Shown here: positions 1 to 11,845 of the stretch, piece after piece
Numbering within the stretch: position 1 is the stretch's first letter
Layout: each line of letters starts with the position of its first letter
Origin: a candidate division CPR2 bacterium GW2011_GWC2_39_10
GTDB taxonomy: Bacteria; Patescibacteriota; CPR2
Length of the DNA: 64,000 bases
Direction: 5' to 3'
Assembly (NCBI GenBank): GCA_000993275.1
Contig: LBVV01000009.1
Coordinates: 2,897-66,896, forward strand
The notes under the pieces: generated by a model
Database searches by the model: none
Seen by the model: the letters and a program-made list of their open reading frames with translations, nothing else
Told to the model about the DNA's origin: nothing
Translations under genes and position numbers: made by a program

Positions 1-1
1 G

Positions 2-1441
2 CTTTTAGAAAAAGCCATTGAAGCAGATGATGCTTTGCTTGAAAAATATCTTGGCGGTGAAAAAATTACCACCGAAGAATTTAAATCGGCAATTCGAAAA
101 TCGGTTCTTAACGGTGATTTTTACTTAGTATTGGGCGGCGATGGAAGAGGCGTTATCGTTCAAACTCTGCTTAATGCGGTTAATGATTATTTGCCAAACC
201 CGCTTGATGTTCCGCCGGTAAAGGGTACGCATCCAAAAACCGGAGAAGAAATAGAAAGAAAAGCCTCCGACTCCGAACCTTTCTCGGCACTTGCCTTTAA
301 GATTGCCGCAGATCCTTTTGTCGGCAAACTTGCTTTCTTTAGAATTTATTCGGGAATCTTAAAATCCGGCTCATATGTTTTAAACTCCTCAACCGGACAA
401 AAGGAAAGAATCGGCCGAATACTTCGAATGCATGCAAATCACAGGGAAGACGTTCCCCAAGTTTATGCCGGAGAAATTGCAGCGGCCGTAGGTCTTAAAA
501 AAACTACAACCGGCGATACACTCTGCGATATTGACAAACCGATAATTTTAGAAAAAATTATTTTTCCGGAACCGGTTATTTCAGTTGCAATTGAGCCGAA
601 AACCAAAGCCGATCAGGAAAAAATGGGCATCGCATTATCCAGACTTGCTGAAGAAGACCCAACCTTTAGAGTAAAAACTGATGAAGAAGTTGCTCAGACT
701 ATTATTGAAGGTATGGGCGAACTTCATTTGGAAATTATCGTTGATCGAATGAAAAGGGAATTTAAGGTTGAAGCTAATGTTGGTAAACCCCAGGTTGCTT
801 ACAAAGAAACCATCCGAAAATCAACCAAAATTGAAGGTAAGTTTATTAGACAATCCGGCGGACGCGGTCAGTACGGTCATTGTTGGTTAGAGTTAGAGCC
901 GAATGAATCCGGAAAAGGTTTTGAGTTTATAAATAAAATCGTTGGCGGCGCCATTCCCAGGGAATATATTAATCCAATCGAACAGGGCGTTAAGGAAGCA
1001 ACAACTAATGGCGTTGTTGCCGGATATCCGGTAGTAGATGTTAAAGTTACCCTGTATGACGGCTCTTATCATGAGGTTGACTCGTCCGAAATGGCCTTTA
1101 AAATTGCCGGTTCCATGGCCCTGCAGGCTGGCGTCAAACAAGCCGATCCGGTCATTTTAGAACCAATTATGAGGGTGGAAGTTACCACCCCTGAAGATTT
1201 TATGGGCGACATTATGGGCGATTTAAATTCCAAAAGGGGACGAATTCAGAAAATGGACGAAAGAGCCGGCGTCAAAATTGTTGATGCTCTTGTTCCGCTT
1301 GCCGAAATGTTTGGTTATACAACCACATTAAGATCAATGTCGCAAGGACGTGCTGCATCTACAATGGAATTTGATCATTACGCTGAGGTTCCAAGAAACA
1401 TAATGGAAGAAATAATCGGAAAAAGAACAACAGCAAAGTAA
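2..1441 (+). CDS. fusA: Elongation factor G, C-terminal ~480 aa (5' end outside window)
   Basis: Frame open from window edge; translation shows EF-G domains II-V ([31 protein letters not shown]); hairpin+T-run terminator follows. Confidence 0.9.
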   Translation, partial: LLEKAIEADDALLEKYLGGEKITTEEFKSAIRKSVLNGDFYLVLGGDGRGVIVQTLLNAVNDYLPNPLDVPPVKGTHPKTGEEIERKASDSEPFSALAFKIAADPFVGKLAFFRIYSGILKSGSYVLNSSTGQKERIGRILRMHANHREDVPQVYAGEIAAAVGLKKTTTGDTLCDIDKPIILEKIIFPEPVISVAIEPKTKADQEKMGIALSRLAEEDPTFRVKTDEEVAQTIIEGMGELHLEIIVDRMKREFKVEANVGKPQVAYKETIRKSTKIEGKFIRQSGGRGQYGHCWLELEPNESGKGFEFINKIVGGAIPREYINPIEQGVKEATTNGVVAGYPVVDVKVTLYDGSYHEVDSSEMAFKIAGSMALQAGVKQADPVILEPIMRVEVTTPEDFMGDIMGDLNSKRGRIQKMDERAGVKIVDALVPLAEMFGYTTTLRSMSQGRAASTMEFDHYAEVPRNIMEEIIGKRTTAK

Positions 1442-1466
1442 TAAACAATAAGCAAGAAACAATAAA

Positions 1467-1497
1467 CAAAAAAGCCTCGAAAGGGGCTTTTTTGTTT
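1467..1497 (+). terminator. Rho-independent terminator after fusA
   Basis: aaaaagcctcgaaaggggcttttttg: GC stem plus T-run. Confidence 0.5.
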
Positions 1498-1722
1498 CTT
1501 TCGTCATTGCGAAGGAGCGAAGCGACTGCGGCAATCTCATGGGAACACGATTAATGTCTCAGCCAAAGGTTGATCCGCCCTGGAGCGAGACAGGTCTTGG
1601 GCGGAAAATGCCAAATTACAAATAAGAAATATCAAAAAAGTATTAAGAATTGGAATATAGAATTTAGAATATGGTTTTTCTGCTTTATGCCATATTCTTT
1701 ATTCTCGCAAGTATTTGTCATG

Positions 1723-1819
1723 TAACTGCTCACAATCGTCATTGCGAACGATCCGGCAGCCGCCGGAGAGTGCGGCAATCTTGTTTCAAGCAGAGGAGAT
1801 TGCTTCGTTTCACTCGCAT
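1723..1819. repeat. 97-bp dispersed repeat copy 1 (starts with TIR-like gtaactgctcacaatc)
   Basis: 96/97 identical to 6206-6302; a related partial motif sits at 1501-1538 (tcgtcattgcgaagga...tgcggcaatctc). Confidence 0.75.
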
Positions 1820-2132
1820 TTGTCATTTTCAGCGCTTTTTTGTTCAAAATTCCAAAAAATTGTCTTCATGGGAAGTATTTAAACTATCTAATCTAACCTA
1901 CATTGATCTATTAAAGTTTATTATTATGAAAATGTAATTTTTGAAGCTATAAATTTAGTACCTTAACAGTGCTTGATCATTGTGGTCTAAAACCTGCAGG
2001 TTTAGCGGGGCCAAGCTTTAGGAACTCGAGAAGAGTTCCTAAAGACAGCTCATTACATAAAAAAAGGGGGGCAAAAGAAGTCACTACAAAAGGAGCCATA
2101 GCTGGCTTCTTTTGTTATTTCTAACAAAATAC

Positions 2133-2161
2133 TTGCAAAAAAAGAAAAAAGTAGGTATAAT
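2133..2161 (+). promoter_or_regulatory. sigma70-like promoter upstream of tuf
   Basis: TTGCAA-17nt-TATAAT, ~95 nt upstream of tuf ATG. Confidence 0.45.
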
Positions 2162-2256
2162 TTTTAAAGTTAGTGGAAGAGTAAAGTCGTCCACGATTTA
2201 ATTTGTAGACCAACACTAAACTTAAACAAAACCTATAAAAAGAAAGAAAGGAAAAT

Positions 2257-3438
2257 ATGGCAGAAAAATTTCAAAGAAATAAAACCCATGTCAATGTTGG
2301 TACAATTGGTCACGTTGACCATGGAAAAACCACACTTACTGCTGCTATTACCCACGTACTTGCTAAAAAGGGTCTAGCTAAAGCAGAGAAATACGAAGAT
2401 ATCGATAATGCCCCCGAAGAAAAAGAAAGAGGCATTACTATCGCAACTCATCACTCTGAATATGAATCAGAGAAAAGACATTATGCTCACGTGGATTGTC
2501 CGGGTCATGCCGACTATGTTAAAAACATGATTACCGGTGCAGCCCAAATGGACGGTGCTATTTTAGTTGTATCTGCGGCTGACGGGCCAATGCCTCAGAC
2601 CAGAGAGCATATTCTTTTAGCTCACCAAGTTGGTGTTCCACATATGGTTGTTTACATGAACAAAACCGATATGGTTGACGATCCAGAATTAATTGACTTG
2701 GTAGAAATGGAAATTAGAGAGCTTCTATCCAAATACGAATTTCCCGGTGATGACACCCCAATTATTAAAGGATCAGCCCTAAAGGCACTAGAGGGCGATA
2801 AAGACGCCGAACAGTCAATTCTGGACTTAATAGATGCCGTAGACTCTTTTATACCGGATCCAAAACGAGAAATCGACAAACCTTTCTTAATGGCAGTTGA
2901 AGATGTTTTCTCAATTAAAGGACGAGGTACAGTTGCTACCGGAAGAATTGAAAGGGGCAAAGTTAAGGTTAATGAAGAAGTTGAAATAGTAGGTATTCAC
3001 CCAACCAGAAAAACAGTTGTAACCGGCGTTGAAATGTTTAGAAAACTTTTAGACGAAGGTTTCGCCGGCGATAACGTTGGACTACTACTTCGAGGCGTTG
3101 AAAAAGACGACATCGAAAGAGGCCAGGTTGTTATCAAGCCGGGCTCTATTACTCCTCATACAGAATTTGACAGTGAAATATATATTCTAACCAAGGATGA
3201 AGGCGGACGACATACCCCTTTCTTCAAGGGTTACAAACCTCAGTTTTATATTAGAACAACTGACGTTACCGGTGAAGTTACTTTACCTTCAGGTGTAGAA
3301 ATGGTTATGCCTGGCGATACGGTTAAATTAGGAATTAAGTTAATTGCTCCAATTGCAATGGAAGATGGAATGAGATTTGCAATCCGCGAAGGTGGTCGAA
3401 CCGTAGGCGCCGGAGTAGTAACTAAGATCATAAAATAA
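2257..3438 (+). CDS. tuf: Elongation factor Tu
   Basis: [18 protein letters not shown] and NKTD GTPase motifs; 393 aa. Confidence 0.97.
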   Translation: MAEKFQRNKTHVNVGTIGHVDHGKTTLTAAITHVLAKKGLAKAEKYEDIDNAPEEKERGITIATHHSEYESEKRHYAHVDCPGHADYVKNMITGAAQMDGAILVVSAADGPMPQTREHILLAHQVGVPHMVVYMNKTDMVDDPELIDLVEMEIRELLSKYEFPGDDTPIIKGSALKALEGDKDAEQSILDLIDAVDSFIPDPKREIDKPFLMAVEDVFSIKGRGTVATGRIERGKVKVNEEVEIVGIHPTRKTVVTGVEMFRKLLDEGFAGDNVGLLLRGVEKDDIERGQVVIKPGSITPHTEFDSEIYILTKDEGGRHTPFFKGYKPQFYIRTTDVTGEVTLPSGVEMVMPGDTVKLGIKLIAPIAMEDGMRFAIREGGRTVGAGVVTKIIK

Positions 3439-3463
3439 GGTAAGTTTTTAAGGAGTAGGAACT

Positions 3464-3799
3464 TTGACAGCACAAGCAAAAACCCCAGAAAAGACGAAGC
3501 AAAGGATAAGAATCAGGCTAAAAGCTTATGACCATAAGATTATTGATGAGTCATGTAAGCAAATTATTGAAACTGCGGCAAGAACAGGCGCTTTGGTTGC
3601 CGGACCGGTACCGCTTCCAACTCAACGGAATGTGATTACGGTTATCAGATCTCCGCATATCGATAAAAATTCCCGGGAACAGTTCGAGATGAAAACCCAT
3701 AAAAGGCTGATTGACATCCTTGATCCCGCTCCAAAAACAATAGATTCCCTAATGAATCTAAACTTACCGGCCGGTGTAGATATCGAAATTAAGATGTAG
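3464..3799 (+). CDS. rpsJ: 30S ribosomal protein S10
   Basis: [16 protein letters not shown] motif; TTG start; followed by terminator. Confidence 0.9.
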   Translation: MTAQAKTPEKTKQRIRIRLKAYDHKIIDESCKQIIETAARTGALVAGPVPLPTQRNVITVIRSPHIDKNSREQFEMKTHKRLIDILDPAPKTIDSLMNLNLPAGVDIEIKM

Positions 3800-3825
3800 A
3801 TAAATTAAGATGTAGATAACAAAAA

Positions 3826-3855
3826 AGAGTCAGGCAGTTGCCAGACTCTTTTTTA
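3826..3855 (+). terminator. Rho-independent terminator after rpsJ
   Basis: agagtc-aggcagttgcc-gactct stem followed by tttttt. Confidence 0.55.
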
Positions 3856-3995
3856 ATGTCAAATGTCAAATTACAAAATATTTAGTTATTGGCATTAATT
3901 AATATCATTTGGTGGTTATTTTTTTTGTTTTAATCAAACGATTGCGATTTTGCTTTTTGCTTTATATACTTATGATATAAATAAAAGAGGGTGAA

Positions 3996-6068
3996 ATGTT
4001 TTCTAAAATAAAATCCGGTTTTAAGTCGCATAAAAAATTAGTTGTTATTCTATTTTCGTCTTTTTTAATTTTAGGGCTATCGGGCGGAATTTATTATTTT
4101 GACTATTTTAGAGATTCCATAAGTCCGAACATAATATCTAAAAAAAAACCTACTCCTACTCCAAAACTTGAACCATTAAAAGTATCGGATAACAATCTTA
4201 AAAAGTTTTCTTCCTGCAGCACCTTAACTAGCGTTTTTGAAAACAGAAAAAAAGAGCAGCAAAACAGACTTATGGAATTTGCTGCAACGGCACCCGCAGA
4301 TCCTCCGGGCAAGGGCGGCGGAGGCGGCGAATATTCTGAAACCAATGTTCAGGTTGAGGGTGTAGATGAGGGAGATATCGTTAAAACTGATGGTGATTAT
4401 ATTTACACTATTGTTAAAGAGAAGGCCATTAAAATTGTTAAGGCCTTGCCTGCTAACAATATTTCGCTGTCTTCAACTATTAATTTCCCCGACAATTATG
4501 CCGTAAAAGAGTTATTTTTAGATGGAAATAAGTTGGTTGCTCTTGGAAATTCAGCAATCAAAGCCCGGGGCATTACAAATGTGCCGGAATGGTATTCGGA
4601 TTATAATTTTAATGAGGTTTACACTTTTATTAAAATTTGGGATATTACTGATCGGAATAATCCTAATCTGGTTCGTGACCTGCAGTATCAGGGTAATTAT
4701 TCGACTTCCAGAAAAATTAGCAGCTCGGTTTATGTGGTTGTAAATACTGCTCCGGATTTTGAAATTATTAATAAAGACGCTAAGGCTGACCAATATATTC
4801 CCAAAATATCCACGTCTGTTGGATCTTCTCAGTATAAGCCGGCTTGCGAATGTCAGGACGTGCATTATCTCACTTCCTTAAATTCAAAAAAGGAAACCAC
4901 CGAGGCAGAAGATATTAGGAATTTAAAAGATAGCAATTTTGTTTCGGTGATTACTATTAAGGCTCAAGATGTAAGCGCAGATCCGGACAAAAAAGTGATT
5001 GTTGCAAGTACCGATAAGGCTTATGCCTCAGCTAAAAATCTTTATTTAGCAGAGCCGCAATATCCGGAATTAACGACAAATGGGACAGTTTCGAATTTAA
5101 TTCCGGATAGCAATAATACGGCTATTCATAAATTTGCCCTTTCGGCAGAAAGAACCGATTATTTATCAAGCACTATAGTTCCGGGCGAAGTCTTAAACAA
5201 ATACTCGATGGACGAATATAACGATCATCTTAGAATTGCAACCACCAAGGGCAATGTGTGGAACCAAACCACAAAATCAACAAACAATTTGTATGTTTTA
5301 GATAAAAACTTTAAATTAGTGGGCAAAATAGAAGGCTTGGCCGAAGGGGAACATATCTATTCGGCAAGATTTGTGGGAGAAAGAGGCTATCTGGTTACAT
5401 TTAAAAAAGTAGATCCTTTTTTCACCCTGGACCTTAAAGATCCGGCCAGTCCCAAAGTGGTCGGTCAATTAAAGATTCCGGGTTATAGCGATTATCTACA
5501 TCCGATAGACGAAAACCATATTATAGGCATCGGAAAAAACACCATTGAAGCACAGCAGGAGTTAGAAAGCGAGCGAAGGGTTGATTTTGCCTGGTATCAA
5601 GGAATAAAAATGGCAATATTTGATGTGACCGATTTTGCAAATCCAAAGGAAATGCATAAGGTTACCATAGGCGATAGGGGAACGGATTCTTACGCCTTAC
5701 ATGACCCCAAAGCTTTTCTTTACGATAAAAAGAAAAATTTATTAGTCATTCCAATTTTGCTTGCCGAAATGTCCGAGACTCAGAAAAAGCAAGCGGAAGA
5801 TTGGGAATACGGCGCCAATACTTATCAGGGATCTTATGTTTATAATGTAACCCTAGATGCGGGTTTCGAACTTAGGGGCAGGGTCACTCATTATTCGGAA
5901 AATCATTTTAAGGATATCGAAAATAACATGTCATATTATTATTACGGCGACGATAAATCTATAGCCAGATCTTTATATATTGGTGATAATCTTTATACCG
6001 TCTCCAATGGTAAAATTATGGTTAATAATCTATCCAATTTATCCAAACTAAAAGAACTAAGTCTATAG
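3996..6068 (+). CDS. Secreted/membrane-anchored beta-propeller domain protein (COG4880 / PF09826-like)
   Basis: N-terminal TM/signal; C-terminal region with DPFFTLDLKDPASPKVVGQLKIPGYSDYLHP, typical of the secreted beta-propeller family; inserted between rpsJ and rplC. Confidence 0.5.
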   Translation: MFSKIKSGFKSHKKLVVILFSSFLILGLSGGIYYFDYFRDSISPNIISKKKPTPTPKLEPLKVSDNNLKKFSSCSTLTSVFENRKKEQQNRLMEFAATAPADPPGKGGGGGEYSETNVQVEGVDEGDIVKTDGDYIYTIVKEKAIKIVKALPANNISLSSTINFPDNYAVKELFLDGNKLVALGNSAIKARGITNVPEWYSDYNFNEVYTFIKIWDITDRNNPNLVRDLQYQGNYSTSRKISSSVYVVVNTAPDFEIINKDAKADQYIPKISTSVGSSQYKPACECQDVHYLTSLNSKKETTEAEDIRNLKDSNFVSVITIKAQDVSADPDKKVIVASTDKAYASAKNLYLAEPQYPELTTNGTVSNLIPDSNNTAIHKFALSAERTDYLSSTIVPGEVLNKYSMDEYNDHLRIATTKGNVWNQTTKSTNNLYVLDKNFKLVGKIEGLAEGEHIYSARFVGERGYLVTFKKVDPFFTLDLKDPASPKVVGQLKIPGYSDYLHPIDENHIIGIGKNTIEAQQELESERRVDFAWYQGIKMAIFDVTDFANPKEMHKVTIGDRGTDSYALHDPKAFLYDKKKNLLVIPILLAEMSETQKKQAEDWEYGANTYQGSYVYNVTLDAGFELRGRVTHYSENHFKDIENNMSYYYYGDDKSIARSLYIGDNLYTVSNGKIMVNNLSNLSKLKELSL

Positions 6069-6205
6069 TAAAAAAACCGCCCCATCATGGGATAGTCTCT
6101 CTCATTTGAGTCTCAATTGGATTACTAAAATCTCCATCTAAATGACTTAAGGCTGGCAGGAAATCGGAAAGACAACTAAAAAAATGAGTGTAACCCAGGC
6201 CCTTT

Positions 6206-6302
6206 GTAACTGCTCATAATCGTCATTGCGAACGATCCGGCAGCCGCCGGAGAGTGCGGCAATCTTGTTTCAAGCAGAGGAGATTGCTTCGTTTCACTCG
6301 CA
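6206..6302. repeat. 97-bp dispersed repeat copy 2
   Basis: 96/97 identical to 1723-1819. Confidence 0.75.
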
Positions 6303-6400
6303 AAAAACTGCTTAAAATGTGCTAAAATTTAAAATCAAACAAAAATGCAACTTTACAATTAAATGAAAAATGTCAGCACTGATTTAGGAGGGGAATTAAA

Positions 6401-6766
6401 ATGAAAAGGTTGAATGATTTTAGTATCTATGCGAAATTGATTATTTTCGGAATAATGATTGAAATTTTAAGTTTATTTCTGCCGATGGTTTTTATTAAAT
6501 TATTGCCCTACGTATTGCCCAACATAGTAACTGTGTCGGAAATCCCATTTCCAGTTTTAATGATTCTCAATCTTCGGCCAACATTAGGCCATTATGGATT
6601 TATTTGCATCATGGCTGGATTAGATTATTACTTTTGGCGCAATAATAGCCCTGATGAAGAAAATGGACATTTATATCTATCAAGGCTAGTCATTAAGCAT
6701 TCCCCCGCATTGTTAATGGTTATTTACTCGATAGACTATTTCATTTTTACACGTTTTATTAATTGA
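6401..6766 (+). CDS. Hypothetical small membrane protein
   Basis: RBS aggagggg 7 nt upstream of ATG; hydrophobic helices; no recognisable family. Confidence 0.35.
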   Translation: MKRLNDFSIYAKLIIFGIMIEILSLFLPMVFIKLLPYVLPNIVTVSEIPFPVLMILNLRPTLGHYGFICIMAGLDYYFWRNNSPDEENGHLYLSRLVIKHSPALLMVIYSIDYFIFTRFIN

Positions 6767-6819
6767 TGAATGTCGGCACATTTCGCACTGGCAAGATAAC
6801 TGTTTTGAGGAGGTCTATT

Positions 6820-7341
6820 ATGAAAACTACAAGCAGTGGAATTATCGTTGCGCGGCATGTAATCGAGACGATTAAATTGGCACCGATTAGGATAGATCAT
6901 GATCTTGAGTTTGCGAGAATAATAGAGGGCTTATACGGCCACGATTCTGGCATCAACTACACCAATATCCCTGATTGCAACGCAGGAAAAAATGGCATCG
7001 AGGAGGCAAGCCTTTTTCTTGTCAGGCCCGTTCCTTATTGGCAGGTGTGGTTAACAGACAGGGTTTTGTCATTGCTTGATGAAGCAGGATTTGTCCAAGA
7101 AGAGTTTCCTACCCTGTTTTCGCTCATGGGTCATGCCGAAGAACTTTGCAAAGCACGTATTGATAACATCTCGGCTCTTGGTGAGCACTCTCGTTGGAGG
7201 CATTCCAACGGCAATATCTTTGCTCCGTTTATGTCGCTATACGCTGCTAAATTCGGTTATCCTGCATTTTGCGAATTCGAAAGTAAATTTATCGGGAGCA
7301 AATGGTCGGAAGATAATTGGCTTGTTGTCCGCCACAAGTAG
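6820..7341 (+). CDS. Hypothetical protein, visibly higher GC than its surroundings
   Basis: ORF 6763-7341; best start is ATG 6820 after gaggagg RBS; no family recognised. Confidence 0.4.
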   Translation: MKTTSSGIIVARHVIETIKLAPIRIDHDLEFARIIEGLYGHDSGINYTNIPDCNAGKNGIEEASLFLVRPVPYWQVWLTDRVLSLLDEAGFVQEEFPTLFSLMGHAEELCKARIDNISALGEHSRWRHSNGNIFAPFMSLYAAKFGYPAFCEFESKFIGSKWSEDNWLVVRHK

Positions 7342-7396
7342 TTTTTAAGACATAGGAATTTGAATTATTAATTCTTTAATTCCTTCGGTCCCAAAC

Positions 7397-7433
7397 GGGC
7401 GATTTTGACTTTAAGTTGAGATCGCCTTTTTTT
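7397..7433 (+). terminator. Rho-independent terminator ending the insertion
   Basis: gggcgat...atcgcc stem plus ttttttt. Confidence 0.5.
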
Positions 7434-7496
7434 ATTGTTGTTTTTAACCCATAAACCCATTGACCAATTAACCCATCCCACCCGCTAATTTTCTTC

Positions 7497-7525
7497 TTGA
7501 CAAATTGAGCTTAAAACCTTATACT
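7497..7525 (+). promoter_or_regulatory. sigma70-like promoter for rplC and the rest of the S10 operon
   Basis: TTGACA-17nt-TATACT, ~120 nt upstream of rplC with a long leader. Confidence 0.45.
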
Positions 7526-7642
7526 TTTTAAGGTAATATTTTATAAAGAAATACTTACAGTATCAAGCGGGGAGTTGGAGCAGTCCGGCGAATGTCGGAA
7601 ACTTTCTAACTGTCCGAAATATTTGTTTGTCTAGGAAACAAA

Positions 7643-8269
7643 ATGAAAGCAGTTTTAGGTAAAAAAGTTGGAATGACCAGAATTTTCGCCGAAAACGGTA
7701 AAATTACACCCGTTACGGTTATTGAAGTTACTCCAAATACTGTCATCCAAATTAAAACCGCAGGCAAAGACGGATACAATGCAGTTCAAATTGGTTTCGG
7801 TAACGTAAAAAATATAAAAAAGCCTCAGGCCGGTCACTTAAAAAAGGCAAAAGTTGAAGCAAAATATTTAAAAGAAGTCCCCTCAATTGACATAGAAACT
7901 GCCGAAGGGCAGGAGCCTAAGGAGCTAAAAGTAGGGGATCAAATTTTAGTTGACATCTTTAACTCCGGCGATAAGGTTGAAGCTGTCGGTGTTTCCAAGG
8001 GCAAGGGCTTTGCCGGCACCATTAAAAGACACAACTTTAGTAGAGGCCCAAAATCGCACGGCTCTCATAATGTCAGAAAACCCGGTTCTATCGGAGCCAT
8101 GTTTCCGCAGCACGTTTTCAAGGGTCAGAAAATGCCTGGAAGAATGGGACATATTCAGGTTACCACCAAAAATTTAGAAATAGTTACAGTAGATAAAGAG
8201 AATAATTTATTAACAATTAAAGGCGCTGTGCCCGGACCGGCAAAAGGGCTAATAGTAATTAGAGGTTAA
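7643..8269 (+). CDS. rplC: 50S ribosomal protein L3
   Basis: MKAVLGKKVGMTRIF N-terminus. Confidence 0.95.
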   Translation: MKAVLGKKVGMTRIFAENGKITPVTVIEVTPNTVIQIKTAGKDGYNAVQIGFGNVKNIKKPQAGHLKKAKVEAKYLKEVPSIDIETAEGQEPKELKVGDQILVDIFNSGDKVEAVGVSKGKGFAGTIKRHNFSRGPKSHGSHNVRKPGSIGAMFPQHVFKGQKMPGRMGHIQVTTKNLEIVTVDKENNLLTIKGAVPGPAKGLIVIRG

Positions 8270-8270
8270 A

Positions 8271-8945
8271 ATGAAAGCTCCGGTTTACGACATTAAAACC
8301 GATAAAAAAGAAGACAAAACCTTAAAAGACAAAGTTTTCGGTTTGGAAATAAATAAGCCGCTTTTGTCTGAAGTTGCTATTTTAATGCAGTCAAACCTTA
8401 GAGTCGGTTCCGCTAAAACCAAAACCAAGGGTGAAATTTCCGGCGGCGGCAGAAAACCGTGGAAACAAAAAGGTACCGGCAGAGCAAGAACCGGATCTAT
8501 CCGAAATCCAATTTGGCGAGGCGGCGGCACAACTTTTGGGCCAACCGGCGAACAAAATTTTAAAAAGCTTATTCCAATTAAGAAAAGAAGAGCTGCTCTT
8601 TTAAATGCGCTATCTTTAAAAGCTAAAGAAAAGCAAATTATTATGATAAAAGAAGTTCTAGTTAAAGAACCAAAAACCAAAGTAATGACTGAGGTTTTAG
8701 CCAAGATTCCTGTTTCCGGCCGAATTTTAATGGTTTTACCGGAACATAATGAAGTTTTTTACAAATCCGGCCGAAATATTCCAAATCTAAAAATGGTTGT
8801 TTATAAAGAGTTAAATACTCTGGAAGTTCTGCGTGCCGACTACTTAGTTTTAGTTAACGGCGTAGAAGCAAAACTGGAAGAGCTTGCGGTAGCCGGTAAA
8901 CCGAAAGAGCTTGCATTGAGTAAACCTAAGGGAGCGGCAAAATAA
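8271..8945 (+). CDS. rplD: 50S ribosomal protein L4
   Basis: Position in S10 operon and L4-like sequence. Confidence 0.9.
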   Translation: MKAPVYDIKTDKKEDKTLKDKVFGLEINKPLLSEVAILMQSNLRVGSAKTKTKGEISGGGRKPWKQKGTGRARTGSIRNPIWRGGGTTFGPTGEQNFKKLIPIKKRRAALLNALSLKAKEKQIIMIKEVLVKEPKTKVMTEVLAKIPVSGRILMVLPEHNEVFYKSGRNIPNLKMVVYKELNTLEVLRADYLVLVNGVEAKLEELAVAGKPKELALSKPKGAAK

Positions 8946-9229
8946 TGAGTTTAGTAGTTATAAAAGAACCAGTTATATCAGAAAAATCGATTACCCAAGC
9001 CGATAAGGGTATCTACATTTTTAAAGTTGCGAAAAGCGCCAATAAACTTATAGTTAAAGAAGCGGTTGAATCAACTTTTAAAGTGAAAGTTACCAATGTA
9101 AACATGTTGATCACCAAGGGTAAAAGAAGACGATTTGGTCGCAAGGGAAAAATGGGCAAAATGGTGGATGTTAAAAAAGCCATTGTTACCTTAAAAGAAG
9201 GCGATAAAATCGAGATAATGAAAGGATAA
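8945..9229 (+). CDS. rplW: 50S ribosomal protein L23
   Basis: Operon position; 94 aa. Confidence 0.9.
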   Translation: MSLVVIKEPVISEKSITQADKGIYIFKVAKSANKLIVKEAVESTFKVKVTNVNMLITKGKRRRFGRKGKMGKMVDVKKAIVTLKEGDKIEIMKG

Positions 9230-9231
9230 AA

Positions 9232-10050
9232 ATGCCGGTAGTTAAAGTTAAACCGACAACAAACGCAAGAAGAGGAATGACAGTTGATACTTTCTCAGAT
9301 ATCACAAAGAAAAAACCTGAGAAGTCTTTATTGGTACCTTTAAAAAAGAATGCCGGCAGATCACACGGTAAAATTACAATTAGGCATAGAGGCGGCGGCG
9401 CAAAAAGAATGTATAGACTTATAGATTTTAAGCAGTTTACTTATAAAAATGCTACAGTTGAGTCAATAGAGTATGATCCAAACAGATCGGCCAGAATTGC
9501 ACTTATTTCTTTTGATGGCGGTAAGGGCTATATGATTTCGCCTCAGGGACTTAAGGTTGGTGCAGAATTAGAATTTGGCGAGGAAGCCGAACCAAAAACA
9601 GGAAACAGAATGAGTTTAAAAAGGATTCCTGTTGGTACCCAAGTATTTAATATCGAAATTTATCCGGGTAGGGGCGCCCAGCTGGTAAGATCGGCTGGTG
9701 TTTCTGCTCAGATCGTGGGTCGTGAGGAAGGATTTATTCACGTTCGAATGCCGTCAGGCGAAATTAGACTTATAAACGAAAATTCCTGGGCAAGTATTGG
9801 TAATGTTTCTAATCCGGAACACGGTCTTATAAAAATTGGCAAAGCCGGCAGAAAAAGATGGATGGGTATTAGACCCACCGTTCGCGGTAAAGCCATGAAC
9901 CCCGTTGACCATCCGCATGGTGGCGGTGAAGGCGGATGCGATATCGGTTTGATCCATCCGAAAACCCCTTGGGGTGCTCCGGCTCTCGGATACAAAACCA
10001 GAAGAACGCCAAATAAAATGGTTATAAGATCAAGGAAGAAAAAGAGGTAA
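9232..10050 (+). CDS. rplB: 50S ribosomal protein L2
   Basis: GGGEGG...HPHGGGEG motif. Confidence 0.95.
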   Translation: MPVVKVKPTTNARRGMTVDTFSDITKKKPEKSLLVPLKKNAGRSHGKITIRHRGGGAKRMYRLIDFKQFTYKNATVESIEYDPNRSARIALISFDGGKGYMISPQGLKVGAELEFGEEAEPKTGNRMSLKRIPVGTQVFNIEIYPGRGAQLVRSAGVSAQIVGREEGFIHVRMPSGEIRLINENSWASIGNVSNPEHGLIKIGKAGRKRWMGIRPTVRGKAMNPVDHPHGGGEGGCDIGLIHPKTPWGAPALGYKTRRTPNKMVIRSRKKKR

Positions 10051-10053
10051 GAT

Positions 10054-10329
10054 ATGGGAAGATCACTAAAAAAGGGACCGTTTATAGATCCTAAGTTATT
10101 AAAGAAAATCGAAGGCTCTTCGGCAAATGATAAAAAAATCATTAAAACGTGGGCCAGAAGCTCATCTATTTCTCCGGAAATGGTTGGGTACACAATTGCC
10201 GTGCATAACGGTAAAGAACATCTTCCCGTATATATTACCGAAAACATGGTTGGTCATAAATTTGGTGAATTTTCCCCAACCAGGAAATTTAGAAGTCACG
10301 GCGGTAAAAAAGCTAAGGCTGGAAGGTAA
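10054..10329 (+). CDS. rpsS: 30S ribosomal protein S19
   Basis: [13 protein letters not shown]-terminus. Confidence 0.95.
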   Translation: MGRSLKKGPFIDPKLLKKIEGSSANDKKIIKTWARSSSISPEMVGYTIAVHNGKEHLPVYITENMVGHKFGEFSPTRKFRSHGGKKAKAGR

Positions 10330-10334
10330 AAAGA

Positions 10335-10766
10335 ATGAAAGTTAAGTCACAAGCAAAATACGTTAGAACATCGCCCAGAAAGGTACGATTAGTAATTGAC
10401 CTTATTCGGGGCAAAAAAGCTGAAGATGCCATGGCTATTTTAAAATTCGTTAATAAGGCCGCAGCAAAGCCTGTTTTAAAGGTTGTTAAATCAGCAGTTG
10501 CTGACGCGGAACATAATTTCAATTTACGAAAAAAGGACCTTGTAATTACCGAGGCAAAAGCCGATGAGGGTCCAACATTAAAAAGAATTCGGCCAAGAGC
10601 CAAAGGTTCCGCTTTCGAAATTAAAAAAAGAACAAGCCACATTACGGTTTGTGTTGAAGCAGAAACTTCGAAAGCAAAAGGCGAATTATCCAAGGCTCGC
10701 TTAAGTTCCAAAGTTATAAAAAAAGCGGCCGTCGGTAAAAAGGAGCAAAATGGGTCAGAAAGTTAA
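10335..10766 (+). CDS. rplV: 50S ribosomal protein L22 with a basic C-terminal extension
   Basis: Operon position; L22 core. Confidence 0.9.
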   Translation: MKVKSQAKYVRTSPRKVRLVIDLIRGKKAEDAMAILKFVNKAAAKPVLKVVKSAVADAEHNFNLRKKDLVITEAKADEGPTLKRIRPRAKGSAFEIKKRTSHITVCVEAETSKAKGELSKARLSSKVIKKAAVGKKEQNGSES

Positions 10767-11406
10767 TCCAACATCTTTCAGGTTACAACTAACAAGGGAT
10801 TGGCAATCCAGATGGTTTGCTGAACGAAATTATACGCAATTTTTACATGAGGATATAAAAATTAGAGAATTTATTATGGGCAAACACGGCGTAAAAAGCG
10901 GCATAAACAGAGTTGAAATTGAAAGAAGTCCAAGTTTGGTAACGGTAATTATTTATTCTTCAAAACCGGGCATAATAATCGGTCGCGGCGGAGCCGGCAT
11001 AGATGAGCTTAAAAAATCAGTTTCTAAAATAATTAAAATTCCGGTAAAAATTAATATCGAAGAAATTAGAAACGCGGAATTATATGCAAAATTAGTAGGA
11101 GATAACATTGTCGGTCAGTTAGAGCGAAGAATTGCCTTTAAAAGAGCAATTAAGCAGGCAATTGACAGATCCATGAAGGCAGGTGCCAAGGGTATAAAAG
11201 TTTCTGTTTCCGGCCGACTTGGCGGAGCAGATATTGCCAGAAATGAAACAAGGTCAGAAGGTAAAATTCCTTTACAAACCATTAAGGCTGATGTTGATTA
11301 CGCTTTGGCGAAAGCTAAAACCACTTACGGAATTCTTGGTGTAAAGGTCTGGATTTATAAAGGCGACATCCAAAGAAAAGCTGTAAATAAGAAAGAATCC
11401 AAATAA
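10750..11406 (+). CDS. rpsC: 30S ribosomal protein S3
   Basis: [13 protein letters not shown]-terminus and KH domain. Confidence 0.95.
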   Translation: MGQKVNPTSFRLQLTRDWQSRWFAERNYTQFLHEDIKIREFIMGKHGVKSGINRVEIERSPSLVTVIIYSSKPGIIIGRGGAGIDELKKSVSKIIKIPVKINIEEIRNAELYAKLVGDNIVGQLERRIAFKRAIKQAIDRSMKAGAKGIKVSVSGRLGGADIARNETRSEGKIPLQTIKADVDYALAKAKTTYGILGVKVWIYKGDIQRKAVNKKESK

Positions 11407-11428
11407 ATTTTAGGAGATATGTAATATC

Positions 11429-11845
11429 ATGTTAATGCCCAGAAAAACCAAGTACAGAAAAAGCCATAAATTAGAAATAACCGGTAACGAAACCAGAGGA
11501 CTTGAACTTAGCTTTGGTCAATACGGATTAAAGGCTTTAGAACCCATTTGGTTAAATTCCAGACAGATTGAATCTGCCAGAAGGGCAATGACCAGATATA
11601 TTAAAAGAGGCGGTAAGATTTGGATTAGAGTCTTTCCGGCAAAACCGGTAACCAAAAAACCGCAGGAAGTTAGAATGGGTGGCGGAAAAGGAGCTGTAGA
11701 TCATTATGTGGCAGTTATCAGACCGGGCAGAGTATTGTTTGAAATGGATGGCGTTTCAAAAGAAGTTGCAAAAGAAGCCTTAAGGCTTGCATCTCATAAG
11801 CTTCCAATTAAAACCAAATTTATTTCCAAAGACGAGGTAGAATAA
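11429..11845 (+). CDS. rplP: 50S ribosomal protein L16
   Basis: [12 protein letters not shown]-terminus. Confidence 0.95.
   Translation: MLMPRKTKYRKSHKLEITGNETRGLELSFGQYGLKALEPIWLNSRQIESARRAMTRYIKRGGKIWIRVFPAKPVTKKPQEVRMGGGKGAVDHYVAVIRPGRVLFEMDGVSKEVAKEALRLASHKLPIKTKFISKDEVE

Noticed and set aside
1960-2120. Possible tRNA or sRNA between fusA and tuf (gggccaagctttaggaactcgagaagagttccta...)
   Set aside because: No cloverleaf could be built. Only a simple hairpin and the tuf promoter could be supported.
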